Shown piece after piece: positions 50,061 to 63,734 of a stretch of 64,000 nt of DNA. Position 1 is the first letter of the stretch. Each line of letters starts with the position of its first letter. The translations under genes and the position numbers were made by a program. The DNA is from Octopus sinensis. Its lineage: Eukaryota. Where the stretch lies: the NCBI RefSeq assembly GCF_006345805.1, contig NC_043018.1, positions 10,478,001 through 10,542,000 on the forward strand. Reading direction: 5' to 3'. Below the pieces are notes generated by a model. It searched no databases and was not told the DNA's origin. It saw only the letters and a list, made by a program, of their open reading frames with translations.

Positions 50061-50844
50061 TAAATGCTTTTTGTCACAATAAATTATATTTATTAAAATT
50101 ATATCTGTCTACTACCATTATTTTAGTATTCATAACCAGGTTTGTGCATTGTAAAAAAATTCTTGGTTTATCTGCAAGATCCTGCACATACATACATGTA
50201 TGCATGTATACATACATACATACATACATACATACATACATACATACATACTCTCACACATACATACATACATACATGGTGGCTGCCCCCTCGTTATCGA
50301 GTATGGCCATTGTTCGAAGTTTAATCAATGTTGTTATCATGCAATGCCTGTGCAAGAAGATTTTTTTTTAAAGTGAGGAAAGGCTGTGCACTGAGTCAAT
50401 CCCACTCACTAAGCAACAGGGGGTAGATAATTACTTGTACAGATCCTACCAAGCATTTGAAACAATCTGTTTTATGATTGGTCATACTCATATGCAACTG
50501 TTACATATAGATCTTTCCGCCATTATTAAATGTCATTGTCAGATGACAAGGGTTGGGTGCAGTGAGTCAAGGGAGGAAATGGTGTGAGTCAAGGGAGGAA
50601 ATGCTGTGAGTCAGGGTAGAATGGTGATGTGTTTTCATGAGTTAAAAGAGGGCAAAGATGTCGTGTTACAAGTCAATAATTTATTGTTTACATTGGTGTG
50701 TAATGTTTTATATTGATTTATATCAAAGCTGTTGCACGGGTGTGACTAGGCCCAAACATGGCTGTGTGATAAGAAGTTGGCTTCTGAACTACATGGTTTC
50801 AATACGGTCCCACCATGTGGCACTAAGAATGAGTGCTTTCTACT

Positions 50845-51360
50845 ATCACCATCATCGTTTAACGTCCGCTTTCCATGCTAGCATGGATTGGATGGTTCGA
50901 TTGGGGTCTGGGAAGCCAGGAGGCTGCACCAGGCCCAGTCTGATCTGGCAGTGTTTCTACAGCTGGATGCCCTTCCTAATGCCAACCACTCTGTGAGTGT
51001 AGTGGGTGCTTTTTACGTGCCACTGGCACAGGTGCCAGGCAAGGCTGGCAACAGCCATGATCGGTTGGTGCTATTTACGTGCCACTGGCAGAGAGGCCAG
51101 TCGAGGCGGCGCTGGCAACGGCCATGTTCGGATGGTTCTTTTACGTGCCACCAGCACTGGTATCATAACTGCAATTTCCATTGATTTTTGATCGATTTCG
51201 ATTTCACTTGCCTCAACAGGTCTTCGCAAGCAGAGTTTTGTGTCCCAAAAAGGAAAGGTATGCATAAGTGGACTGGCTACATCCCAGGTAGAGGCCACGG
51301 GTTATGGTCTTACTTGTCCTGCCGGGTCTTCTCACGCACAGCATACTTCCAAAGGTCTCT
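50845..51360 (-). mobile_element. longest family C copy, including the last codons of a LINE ORF
   Basis: Minus strand begins ..RDLWKYAVREKTRQDK* before the UTR, suggesting family C is a LINE 3' end. Confidence 0.7.
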
Positions 51361-52419
51361 ACTATATATTTCTTTACTACCCACAAGGGGCTAAACATAG
51401 AGGGGACAAACAAGGACAGACAAATGGATTAAGTTGATTACATCGACTCCAGTGCGTAACTGGTACTTATTTAATCGACCACGAAAGGATGAAAGGCAAA
51501 GTCGACCTCGGCAGAATTTGAACTCAGGATAAGCGACAGTTAGCTAAAGAAGTGAGTAGGAAAAGGGGAGCGGGGCGTGAAGTTAAAGGCTTCCATACAA
51601 GTAAGGAAGAGGGGGAGAAAAATACTTTTCCATAACGAATGAAAGGAAGAAAGAGAGATAGGAGGCTGAACATACGTAACGAACATACACAAAACTTAAA
51701 TTACATATACATGTGTATATAAAAGTGTATATTAGCAATAACTACACATATAAGAACACATATATAAATATATGGAAATAAGTACATAAATACACACCCA
51801 CACAAATTCAAGTGAATACATGCATACATATACATCCATGTATGTATGTGCACAAATATAAACATACACGCTTACTTACACATATACATAGGCGCATACA
51901 TACGAATACATATGCATGCCAACAATACAAACATCCGCATAAAAACATGTCTAGGTCCTGACGTATATATACAAACAACATTATTTCAAAAAATTGCTGA
52001 GTGCATAATAATAAAATTCAGATAAAAGACATGCAAAATAGAACACCCTACATCGAATTATCTATAAATTAAACGATTAAAATGGGTTTATAAAATACAA
52101 TAAAATGAAATAAAATAGAAGCACAATCTTAAACAAGAAAATAATATTTGTATATAACAGTCGAAGGTTTTCCTTAATAAATATGTCGCAATATATACCA
52201 TAACTTTGCGATGTGGAATAAATCATGCATAAAAACACTGTCACGTCATCTTAAAGATGGTGAGTAGCCAATAGCAACAGTTGGAGGTTTGTTTACACCA
52301 ACACTTTGTTGTCAATTACATCTATGTTTGGAGAGTGACTGCTGCTGCTGCAACATAACGCTAGGGGATTTGAAAAGGTTAGCGAAACCTGCGAAACTGG
52401 ACATTTCTGAGACTGCTTT

Positions 52420-52457
52420 GCTCCTGAAGATGGGCTTTTGAGCCTGAAATATAAAGG
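52420..52457 (+). ncRNA. minimal hammerhead-like motif
   Basis: ctc CTGAAGA t GGGCT tttg AGCCT GAAAT ATA aag; core intact, weak stem I. Confidence 0.45.
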
Positions 52458-52574
52458 TTTAATAAAACTTTCCACATTGTCAGGAGCTTCCTATTTTCTC
52501 CCTTTTTATGTTCTTCAATATCACAATACTTCAAGTGAAATACAACATTCTTATATGTATATGTATATATATGG

Positions 52575-52955
52575 AAGCACTCCATTGGTTACGACAACGA
52601 GGGTTCCGGTTGATCCGAATCAACGGAACAGCCTGCTCGTGAAATTAACGTGTAAGTGGCTGAGCACTCCACAGACACGTGTACCCTTAACGTAGTTCTC
52701 GGGGATATTCAGCGTGACACAGAGAGTGACAAGGCCGGCCCTTTGAAATACAGGTACAACAGAAACAGGAAGTAAGAGTGAGAGAAAGTTGTGGTGAAAG
52801 AGTACAGCAGGGATCACCACCATGCCCTGCTGGAGCCTCGTGGAGCTTTAGGTGTTTTCGCTCAATAAACACTCACAACGCCCGGTCTGGGAATCAAAAC
52901 CGCGATCCTATGACCGAGAGTCTGCTGCCCTAACCACTGGGCTATTGCGCCTCCA
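52575..52955 (-). mobile_element. mosaic SINE: family D head and middle + family E tail
   Basis: 5' part matches 27478-27660; 3' part matches 29600-29791. Confidence 0.8.
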
Positions 52956-52967
52956 TGTATATATATA

Positions 52968-54257
52968 CAGGGTGGGGAAGCAAAATTTACAATGAACGTT
53001 AAGTTGTTTTTTCTCAGCAGGCACTAAGTCAATTGTTTTGAAACCTAGCATATACTGATGTCATACTCATACCTAACACTATTATCCCTACCTTTTCAGA
53101 AACTTTTGCCCATATGAGTAATCAGGAAAGCAAACGTCCAAGAGTGTGTGATTTGCTGAATGCACTCGTCACACCACTGGAGATTTCAAGAATAGTTGGA
53201 GTGTTCATAAAGACTGTTTATAATGTAAAGAATAGAATGACTATGAGCAAAACTATTACGAGGAAGTCTGGAAGTTGAGGAATCAACAACAAACGTACCA
53301 AAGCTTTTATTAAAGCTCTCAAATCCAAAATCCTAAAGGATCCAACCAAATCCATGAGAAAAATGGCAATTGAACTTGAGGTAGACAACAAGACCATTAA
53401 AAATGCTGTAAAATATGATTTTAGGTTAAAATCTTACATAAGAACACCAAAACACTTGTTTTCAACAGCTATGAAGGAAAAGAGATTGGAAAGGTGCAAG
53501 AAAATTATTACATGGTTCAAGAAAAAGTCCTCCATTGTAACAATCTTTTCAGATGAAAAGATCTTCACTGTCGATGCTGTTCTGAACAGCAGAAATGACA
53601 GATTTATCGCAAAATCAACAGCTGAAGTTAAGGGGTCATTCAAAACAAAAGATCTTGCTCAAGTTATAGCTTTTGGTGTTGTGGCTTCCGATGGAAAGAA
53701 AATGCCTATAAAATTCTACAAAGCTGATGAAAAGATCAATGTTAATACTTACTACAAGACTCTGAGATATGAGGTATTACCATGGCTTAAAGCAAACTAC
53801 CCAGATGGTAATTATGTATGGACGCAGGATGGTGCTCCAGCCCACACAACTAGAAAAATACAAGATTTCAGCAAATCCAACTTTAGCAATTTTTTTTAAT
53901 CATGTTTATGGCCGCCTTCTAGCCCAGATCTAAACCCCCTGGATTATGCTATTTGGGGCGTTTTAGAACATGCTACAAATAGAACATCACACAGCAATGT
54001 CGACTCTCTTAAAGATACTATTATTGAAGAATGGTAGAAGTTGTCTCCCGAATATTTGAGGAACGCCTGTGCAAGTTTCAGGAAGCATGTGAAGGCAGTT
54101 ATTGAGAAAGGAGGAGGACACGTAGAATAAAAATATTTTCTATTATGTGAATTGTCTTATGGCAAATAAATTCTCATGACTTTCAATAAACAAATTGGTC
54201 ATACACTGTTTTTCAATCCCTGCCTCAAAACATTGTAAATTTTGCTTCCCCACCCTG
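52968..54257 (+). mobile_element. complete 1290-bp maT-type (DD37D) Tc1/mariner transposon, transposase inactivated
   Basis: 27-bp perfect TIR CAGGGTGGGGAAGCAAAATTTACAATG flanked by TA; FSDEK, QDGAPAH, SPDLNPLDY with 37 residues between D2 and D3 by manual count; in-frame stop near 53897. Confidence 0.92.
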
Positions 54258-54303
54258 TATATATATGCATATATATATAAAAGAGTAAATATACATATAT
54301 ATA

Positions 54304-54352
<49 letters not shown>

Positions 54353-54646
54353 AAATTAATGAGAGAGACGGCAGATTGAATATATGAGAGAATATTTATT
54401 GATCACTACAAATGTTTCAACCCATCTAGCATTGATCCTTCACAGGTGAGGTACTGTACAACGGATTTAGGTGTATCCTAAACTGATCAATAAAGATTCA
54501 CATATCTTCAGCCTTCCATCTCTCTCATTAATTACATACCCAACCAACACTGACCCAATGGACATGCTGGCAAACTATACTATATGATTTTATTAACTAT
54601 ATATATATATAAAACAACCAGTTCACTCTGTATGTATGTGTGTATG

Positions 54647-54678
<32 letters not shown>

Positions 54679-54740
54679 AGTGTGTGTGTATATGTATATA
54701 TATGTATATATATATATATGTGTATATATATGTGTGTATA

Positions 54741-54820
<80 letters not shown>

Positions 54821-54893
54821 ATATGTATATATATATAATATATATATATATATATGGATATGTATATATATATATATTATATATATATGTGTA

Positions 54894-54961
<68 letters not shown>

Positions 54962-55007
54962 ATATGTATATATATATATATATATAAATATGTATATATA
55001 TATATGG

Positions 55008-55039
<32 letters not shown>

Positions 55040-55524
55040 TCTACAATAGCCTTGGGCTATTGTAGAAGACACCCAAATTGCCATGCGGTGGAACTGAACC
55101 CAACACCTCAAAGCTGTCATTGATAAATGCAGTAAATGTTTCACCAGTGCAATGCAGTGAGTTGAGAAATTTTGGTCACCTGATAACATTTGTGCGAGGA
55201 ATTCTCAACTGTTGCACAGCAAACCAGTACCAGGGCTGTGGGTCATTTGTTACTGAGTCACAGAGAAAGAATCATCATCATCATCATCATCATTTAGCCT
55301 CTGTTGATGAGGCCAGCTTTATGGTGGACTTCCTTCAGTTTCCATCTTCCAAATTTACTCACAAGGCTTTAGCCAGCCTGAAACTATAGAAGAAGGCACT
55401 TGCCCAAGGTGTCCCACAGTGGAATTGAACCTGAAACCAAGAAGTCGTTGGGAAACAAGCTTCTTAACTGCCCAGCCATGCCTACGCCTATGAGTAATTA
55501 GTTATACACCAATTAATTATATAT

Positions 55525-55727
55525 TTTACTCTTTTACTTGTTTCAGTCATTTGACTGCGGCCATGCTGGAGCACTGCCTTTAATCGAGCAACTCAACCCC
55601 GGGACTTATTCTTTTGTAAGCCCAGTACTTATTCTATCGGTCTCTTTTGCCGAACCGCTAAGTAACGGGGACATAAACACACCAGCATCGGTTGTCAAGC
55701 AATGCCAGGGGGACAAACACAGACACA

Positions 55728-55793
<66 letters not shown>

Positions 55794-55965
55794 CACATAT
55801 ACGACAGTCTTCTTTCAGTTCCCGTCTACCAAATCCATTCACATGGCATTGGTCGGCCCGGGGCAATAGCAGAAGACACTTGCCCAAGATGCCACACAGT
55901 GGGACTGAACCCAGAACCATGTGGTTGGTAAACAAGCTACTTACCACACAGCCACTCCTGCGCCT
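55525..55965 (-). mobile_element. family A SINE
   Basis: Reverse complement of the consensus. Confidence 0.88.
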
Positions 55966-56564
55966 AATGTGTATTTTATTGGGTTTTTTTTTTTATACAC
56001 ACAATACCTCAGTCCATGGAAAAATTATCTTGCATGGAACTGGTAAGTGGCATGAAAATGATTGAGAACTCTTGATCTAGGCAATACATTAACAAAAACT
56101 CCCTCTTAGAGTATTTTAAACCTGAAAAAAAAACCCATCATTACAATCATTTCAGTGACCTTTTGAGACTAAACATATGCCATCACATCAAACGATTGTA
56201 AAGAATGCAGCCTATGATCAAAGGTGTTAGATTTGCCAGTTTCTAGCCATAAACTATAAAAAGACTTGTTAATGCAACGGTTGGTAAATGTAAGAAATGA
56301 GGTCAAACATTATTATTTGGACTCTAATAACATTGTGCATAACAAATGCTCAGGATATTAGTTTGGCATTCGCTAGTTTTTAGTCCGTCTTACAAGGTTA
56401 AATCTATTTATTCAAGGGTGAAATTTTCATACAAAATCGTCGTTTTTATATCTCTGAAGAAAAATGTCTGCTTGAAAAATTATGAATAAAGTAATTGTAA
56501 TCTGGTATTATTTCATAATTTCACACATACACCCTTTTCAGACTTTTAGGATTCAATAGTCTCA

Positions 56565-57310
56565 CACTTCCACAGCCTCCCACAGCCTCCCATGGCCTCC
56601 CACGGCCTCCCACAGCTTCACACTTCTATAGTCCCACACTTCTGCATTTCCATGCTTCCACAGATCCATTGTTCCACGTACAGCACTTCTAGTCTTACAC
56701 AGTTTCATAGGCCTACACTTTCACAATTCCACACTTCTATACTTCTTCTGTATTTTTGTCATACTTCCACTCTTCCACAATTCCATAGCTCTGCAACTCC
56801 ACACTTCCAGTTTTCCACATGTCTCTAGTGCCACATCTCTATACTCCCACACTTCCTTAAACCGCCACTTCCACAATCCTACTTTCCACGCTTCTATAGT
56901 TACATGATTCCACTTTGTACAATGTACAGTCCCTCATTTCCACACATCTACTCTTCCACACTTCCACAGCCCCACTCTTCCACAGTTACACACTTCCACA
57001 GATCCACACTTTCACAGTATCACTATTCCACACTCCTATTCTTCCACAGCCCTACACTTCCACAGCCCCACTCTTCCACAGTTACACACTTTCACAGTAT
57101 CACTATTCCACACTCCTACTCTTCTACAGCCCTACACTTCCACAGTCCCACTCTTCCACAACACAACCTTCCAAACTTCTATAGATCTATAGTTCCACTT
57201 TCCGCAATGTCAGAATCCTCCTCTTCCACAGTTCCATACTTCAAAAATTTCCAGTTTTCCCACTTCCACATTTTCCACAGTCCTTCAAGTTTATATTTCT
57301 TCCTTTACTT
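56565..57310. repeat. degenerate (ccacacttccacag)-type minisatellite
   Basis: Recurrent ttccac/ccacag motifs, 10-bp units at the start, duplicated ~47-bp blocks. Confidence 0.8.
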
Positions 57311-57659
57311 CCACCTTAACTCTGAACCAGCATCAAAACCCCTACAAAAATCCTTAAATGTTCAAAACTAGCTTAGTTTTGCAGCGAATTGGTGTACTTT
57401 ATCAAAATGTCTATTATAGTTTCTGTTTGCCCCTTATCTACCTCTCTGTGTATCTACCTACCTACCTACCTACACACACATACACACGCATATTAATATA
57501 TACTCATGCAAGCATGGAGAAGTGGACATTAGCTGATGATGATGATGATGATGATGATGATGACATATGTATCTTTACACAGGATGTCCATAAATGATCT
57601 TTACAACTTTCACACTTAAAATTGCAGAAGTAATTTGTGGATACTCTGTATATGTGTGC

Positions 57660-57678
57660 ATGCATACACACACAAACA

Positions 57679-57717
<39 letters not shown>

Positions 57718-57962
57718 ACACACCCAAACACACACCACAAACACACACACACACACAACACACACAAACACACCACACACCCACAAACACCACACACCAA
57801 CAAACAACACACACACACACACACACAACACAAACACACAAACACACACACACATAAACACCACAACAACACACACCACAAACACAACACACACACACAA
57901 ACACACCACACACAAACAACACACAAACACACCAACACCCACACACAACAAACAAACCCCCA

Positions 57963-58011
<49 letters not shown>

Positions 58012-58210
58012 CAAACACACACAACACACACACACACACACACACACAACAAACACACAACAACACACACACACACAAACACACACACAACAAACACACA
58101 AACAACACCACACACAAACACACACACCAACACACACACCACAAACACCACACACACACACACACCACCACACACACACACACCAAACACACAAACACCA
58201 CACACACACA

Positions 58211-58292
<82 letters not shown>

Positions 58293-58330
58293 AAACACCC
58301 CCCCACACACACACACACACACACACATAC
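57660..58330. repeat. highly irregular (CA)n array
   Basis: C/A-only sequence with frequent phase shifts. Confidence 0.95.
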
Positions 58331-59183
58331 ACATGCATATCTCTCAATTGATATGTATATCCATTTACCTTTCTAAAAAAACTATCCCTGTCTTCATGTT
58401 TCTCTCTCTCTGTATATGTGTGCGTGTATATGTCATATATAAGTACATATATATATATATACGTACACATATATATATATACGTACATATATATATATAT
58501 ATATACGTACATATATATATATGACATATACATGCACATACGTCCTTAGTCAAAAAAGACACCTGTTGTTATGTCCTGTTATTTGTATTTGTGTAACATT
58601 TCTGTGTTTTTTTCTTTCCATCCTTGTTTTCATATACATACATTTGCTGCTTTCTTCCAAGGAATGTAATGCTCTTAGCTTATTTTTTCCTTGAGGCTGG
58701 CCAGATTGGAGCAATTTCGAGTATAACCAGCTGAAGTTGCAAAGATAATATGGAACTCAACTGAGGATAGAAAACTCCAAATGACCCGTCCTTGTTTTCC
58801 TTGTATTGTCTGTCTGGATATTTTGTTGTCCCTTTTTGTATCATCTAACTGTCTGGATGTTTTGCGTTCCTGTCCCACTTTTTAATTTTATGTGTGTGTG
58901 TGTGTGTGTGTTGTGTGTGTGTGTGTGTGTATGTGTGTGTGTATGTAAAAGTTAAGACCCAAGGATCAAGGTGAAGGAAGCTAGTAAGCTTCAAGCAGTC
59001 TGTAGAAGGTACAAATAAAATCAGCTTTCAGGAATAATAATGGTTTATTGATGTAGGTTATAAATGTCTCCCGTATCGAATTTCAATAAGCTGGAAAAAG
59101 TTATGTTATAGTTCACGGTTAGTAGCTGGGGTTGCTGCGTATGCGAATAAAAATCCAGAAATAGGGAATGGAGTTGAGAAAAT

Positions 59184-59270
59184 CCAGGTTACATTTGTTT
59201 CGTAGCCAGCAGAACCTCAGAAGTATTAATGCTCAATGTGGGGTATTCCACTAGCTAATCATCAGGCTGA
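59184..59270 (-). ncRNA. hammerhead ribozyme motif with ~40-nt insert in stem II
   Basis: Minus: cagc CTGATGA tTAGCTAG...CTGGCTAc GAAAC aaat GTA acctg. Confidence 0.55.
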
Positions 59271-59701
59271 CAATAATTAAGTTAAATGAAGATTACATTG
59301 TTCTCAAGGGATCCCACATTAACTCGCAGGAGATTTGATCAAGAATTCAATTCAAACATTCCCGATCAAATCTCCTGCAAATTAACATGAAATCCCTTGA
59401 CAACAATGTAAACTTTGTTTTGTCCAGGCTTTTCCTACAGAAATATTGGCCAGCACTGATTTTTTTTTTGCTACGCCGTTTCATATCGAGTCGTCAGACA
59501 TGAACGGACAATGAGATTGAATGTAAATTTCATTCAATTAAGGTATGTTTGGCACAACAAGTAACTAGCAGATTACCCCTCATTTGGGTAATTACTACTT
59601 CCAAGGTTCCGCGAGCTATGAAACATATGCAGCCTAGATTTTGTCTACTCCAAATCCTAATTTCATATATACATACATTATATATAATAATATATATATA
59701 T

Positions 59702-59753
<52 letters not shown>

Positions 59754-59891
59754 ATATATTATATATATATATATATGTATGTATATATATATATATATGT
59801 GTATATACACATTCAAAATGTGACCACGTGTGTACTGTTGGAGATTTTTTTTCCTCTGTCTTCCCTTCTCTGAATCTTTCCTTTTCCTATG

Positions 59892-59924
59892 TTTCCGACA
59901 AAGAGCTCTGCTCGAAACGTTAAA
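59892..59924 (+). ncRNA. degenerate minimal hammerhead-like motif
   Basis: TTT CCGACAA A GAGC tct GCTC GAAAC GTT AAA; same layout as 45938-45973, core mutated. Confidence 0.35.
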
Positions 59925-60174
59925 CCCTCCTTCTTCCCTTCCTTCCTGAGTGTCCAATAATACTATATTTGTTCCACGTCCTCACATTGTTGTGTTTTCT
60001 CTTTGTATTTTCATGTTTGGATTAACTATATATATATATATATTAGAAGAAATGAGGTACTCAGAAAATCAGATCGTTTATATTTACAGATATTTATTTG
60101 TATATTACATTTTTTATACATCATATAACTTAGATCATTAGCGCTTTCTCCCATTCTAGTGGGGTTTTCAAATC

Positions 60175-60219
<45 letters not shown>

Positions 60220-60806
60220 TATTCATCATAATCATCATCATCATTGCTTAAAGTCCATTTTCTATGCTAGCATGAGTTGGATGGTTTGACTGAGGACTGG
60301 CAAGCCCGTAGGCTGCACCACACTCCAGTCTGATCTAGCAAGGTTTCTATAGCTTGATGCCCTTCCTAATGCCAACCACTCCGAGAGTGTAGTGGCTGCG
60401 TTTTTATGTGCCACTGGTATGGGAGCCAGTCAGGCAGCACTGGTATCAACCACATTTGGATAGTGCTTTTTATGTGCAACCAGCACAGGAGCCAGTCAGG
60501 GTGGGGGGGGAATGGCAGTGACCCTGTTCAGATGGTGCTTTTTACATGCCACTGGCATGGGGAACCAATCAGGTGGCACTGGCATCAGCTACAACTACAA
60601 TTTCCATTTTGATTTCGATTTTCATTTTACTTGACCCAAAAGATCTTCTCAAGTGCAGCGTATCACCCTACAATTCAAGGGCACTTTTAAATGGGCTGGT
60701 CATGCAACACTGGTATCAGCCACGACTGCGACCTCAATTTACTTGCCAGATCTTCTCAATCACAGCATAGCATAACATATATGTCATATATTACATAATA
60801 TATATA

Positions 60807-62056
60807 CAGACATGCAGGAAGTAAACAGACACCTTTAATTTTCAAAATCTTTTATTTAATACGCAAAGCAAACAATTGAAAGGTAATCGATAGGTAGGAC
60901 TACATACTTTAGTATTTAGTTGACATTCCCTTTTGCAGTTTTTAATTTAGAAACTCTTTTTGGTATTGAACTGATGAGCTTTGTGATTGTCTCTTGTGGA
61001 ATTTCTGCCCACTTTTCATGCAACAATCGAAACATTTCATCTTTAGATTTAGGTTTCTGTCGAGTTTTTCATATAGCTCTATCTAGTATGCTCCAAAGAT
61101 TTTCAATTGGGTTCATCTCAGGAGATTGGCTCGGCCAAGGAAGCTTTTCGATCCCATTTTCAGTCAGCCATTGTTGATTCCTTTTTGCTGTGTTGCAAGG
61201 AGCCCCATCTTCCATGAATAAAACTCATTTTTCGTTATGTTATCGTATGAATACATCGGAAGTAGTATTTTTCAGAGTTTATGGTTCCAACACATTTGAT
61301 CAGCTCAGAACGACCCTTGCTGGTGACAGCTCCCCATACCATTACAGAGATACTGCCATGTTTCACAGTTGGTTGGGGTTGTTTCAAATCAAATTCTTGA
61401 TTGGGAAGCCTCCAGACCCAAACACGTCCACTGTCTGAAAATAATGCAAATCTGGATTCATCTGAGAAAATCACTCTATTCCCAAATGAACTGGATTTTT
61501 CTGACCTCTCCTTATCCCATTTCTTTCTTTTCATGATATTAATTGGTTGAAGGAGAGGTTATCTTCTAGCTGCTCATCCATAATACCCAAGCTTATGCAG
61601 ATATGTAACACACGTTCTTGGACTAACTTCTAGCTGTTTAGCAATGTCAGGAGCCTTCGAACTGGATTTGTTTTCCACACTTCTCTTCAAACAGTGAAGC
61701 TTCCTTTCCAAGGGCCCAGGTCGGCCAGGACGAGAATCTGTTGATTCTTTTCCTTAGCTTTTGAATTGCACTATAATTTTATTAACAGTAGCAAGAGGAA
61801 TTTGAAGATTTTCGGCAATTTTTCGCTAGCTAAGACCAGCGTCAGGCAGCCCCAAAATGCGACCTCTTTGAAAATCTGACAGTTCTGCTGAATATTTTAT
61901 GCGTGGAATGGTTACTCTTCGCAAATATTGAATATAATGGCACCTGAATATAAAAGAATAATTACATTGTAAATTCTACACTGCTGAAAACATATTAAGA
62001 CGCTGTGATCAGAAATTTTGAAAATGAAAGGTGTCTAATTACTTCCTGCATGTCTG
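60807..62056 (-). mobile_element. TIR-bounded 1250-bp Tc1-type (DD34E-like) transposon, decayed
   Basis: TIR CAGACATGCAGGAAGTAA..AGACACCTTT at both ends; minus strand LSDFQRGRI.., [36 protein letters not shown]; stops and frameshifts. Confidence 0.9.
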
Positions 62057-62062
62057 TCTATT

Positions 62063-62117
<55 letters not shown>

Positions 62118-62740
62118 TGTGTGTCAGTCTGTCTGTGTGACTATGTGAATCCCTAAAACTTGAGAACTACACAACCAATTTCATTCAAATTTTACACATG
62201 CCTTACTTAGGGTCCATGTAGTGTCATAGGCCAAAAATATTTTTGACTTCTTGCCTAATGCAAGCCCACAGCAATATCATATCTTCTCCACTATTTCAGT
62301 ATTACGTGTCAAAAGTGAAAGAATAACATCTCTCTATTGTAATGTCAAATACTTTCACTTTAATAGTTTCACTTTAATACTGAAACTAATATAGTGAAAA
62401 TATTATCTCAGATATATACAAGCATACATACATACATATATACTTACATACATATATATAATGCTAGCAGAGATACACAGCGTTGCCCGTGTTACATTCA
62501 ATTGAAGAATTAGACTTTTCTGTTATATTTTCTGTAATGAAATGGAATATCTATGTTCGAATTTCATAAAAATTGCAGATGAGGGTTATTTCCCTCTTTA
62601 CACACCCTAAAAAAATTCTAATTATGACTCATTACGTACTCCCAAAAATTCAATTTTGGGGACGTACGTAATGTCTGGTCTTTCGCATATAGCCGGTATG
62701 TGATTGTGCATTTGTTTCCGTGTACTATGTGTTGTGTGTA

Positions 62741-62830
62741 AAAAACATCCTGACGAGGGGAGTGTCAATTTCAAATATATGATATGTTTCATATTAATTG
62801 GTGCGTCTCCGAAACTTTTATGTATTTTTG
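62741..62830 (+). ncRNA. degenerate hammerhead-like motif with long stem II
   Basis: catc CTGACGA GGGGAGTGTCAATT...AATTGGTGCGTCTCC GAAAC; stems I and III poor. Confidence 0.4.
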
Positions 62831-63026
62831 TAAATTTGTATATTTATCTTTTATGTATTTTTCTCTGGAATTTTAAAATCGTCATTTTAATGTCTTTGTA
62901 TGTTTTATTACCCAAATTTTTAATTCAACAAACCTATAACAAATGTTTTACGAGTTTAAGCGTAAATTCAAGGTGTTATATATGCAACATTGATTCTTAT
63001 ATATTTATATATTTTTATATGATGTT

Positions 63027-63316
63027 TATCACGTGATCACGTGACCGACTAGACCATCAGATGTTGTTACACATCGCTGGTCACAATGCGTTCGCATTGT
63101 TTTAGCCTTCGAATGACGCTGCTGGCTAAGCGAGCAGGCCAATAGAAGAAAGAGTGAGAGAAAGAGTGGTGAAAGAGTACAGCAGGGATCACCACCACCT
63201 GCCGGAGCCTCGTGGAGCTTTAAGGTGTTTTCGCTCAATAAACACTCACAATGCCCGAAACTGCGATCCTACAACCGCGAGTCCGCTGCCCTAACCACTG
63301 GGCCATTGCACCTCCA
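63027..63316 (-). mobile_element. family D SINE
   Basis: Reverse complement of 27478-27785. Confidence 0.85.
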
Positions 63317-63734
63317 CATGATGTTTATATATTTATATATTACTATATTTTTAAACGTTGGACTTTATATCTGTTCTGTAGATATAAATGAATATATGTA
63401 TGTGTTTGATCTTTCTGTGGATTTTGTAATGTTCCTTTAGTTGCTGCTCACATTGCCTCCCCTCGGATTAATAAGTGTATACAGCTCATTTGAGCACTAC
63501 CATTCCAGTCTGTTATATATTTTGAGTGTTGTTGTCACTAGCGATCTCAAGATATAGCTTTGTATTTTGTAATATATATATATATATATATATCTTTGGC
63601 TTGGTATTTCTACTGCAGCTGTCTTACCAGAAATATAGCATCAGTGGTGCTTTTCCCTGGTACGAAACCAAACTGCATCTCATCCAAACTGACTCTCTCC
63701 CTAATTAGATAAATTATACATATATTATATATAT

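Noticed and set aside
57504-58539. Cys/Val- and His/Thr-rich ORFs up to 307 aa
   Set aside because: Irregular (CA)n array; the irregularity may reflect noisy-read consensus
63614-63677. TGCAG/CTGCA and TACCAG/CTGGTA stems with GAAAC
   Set aside because: Hammerhead-like layout, but CUGANGA and the NUH site are missing
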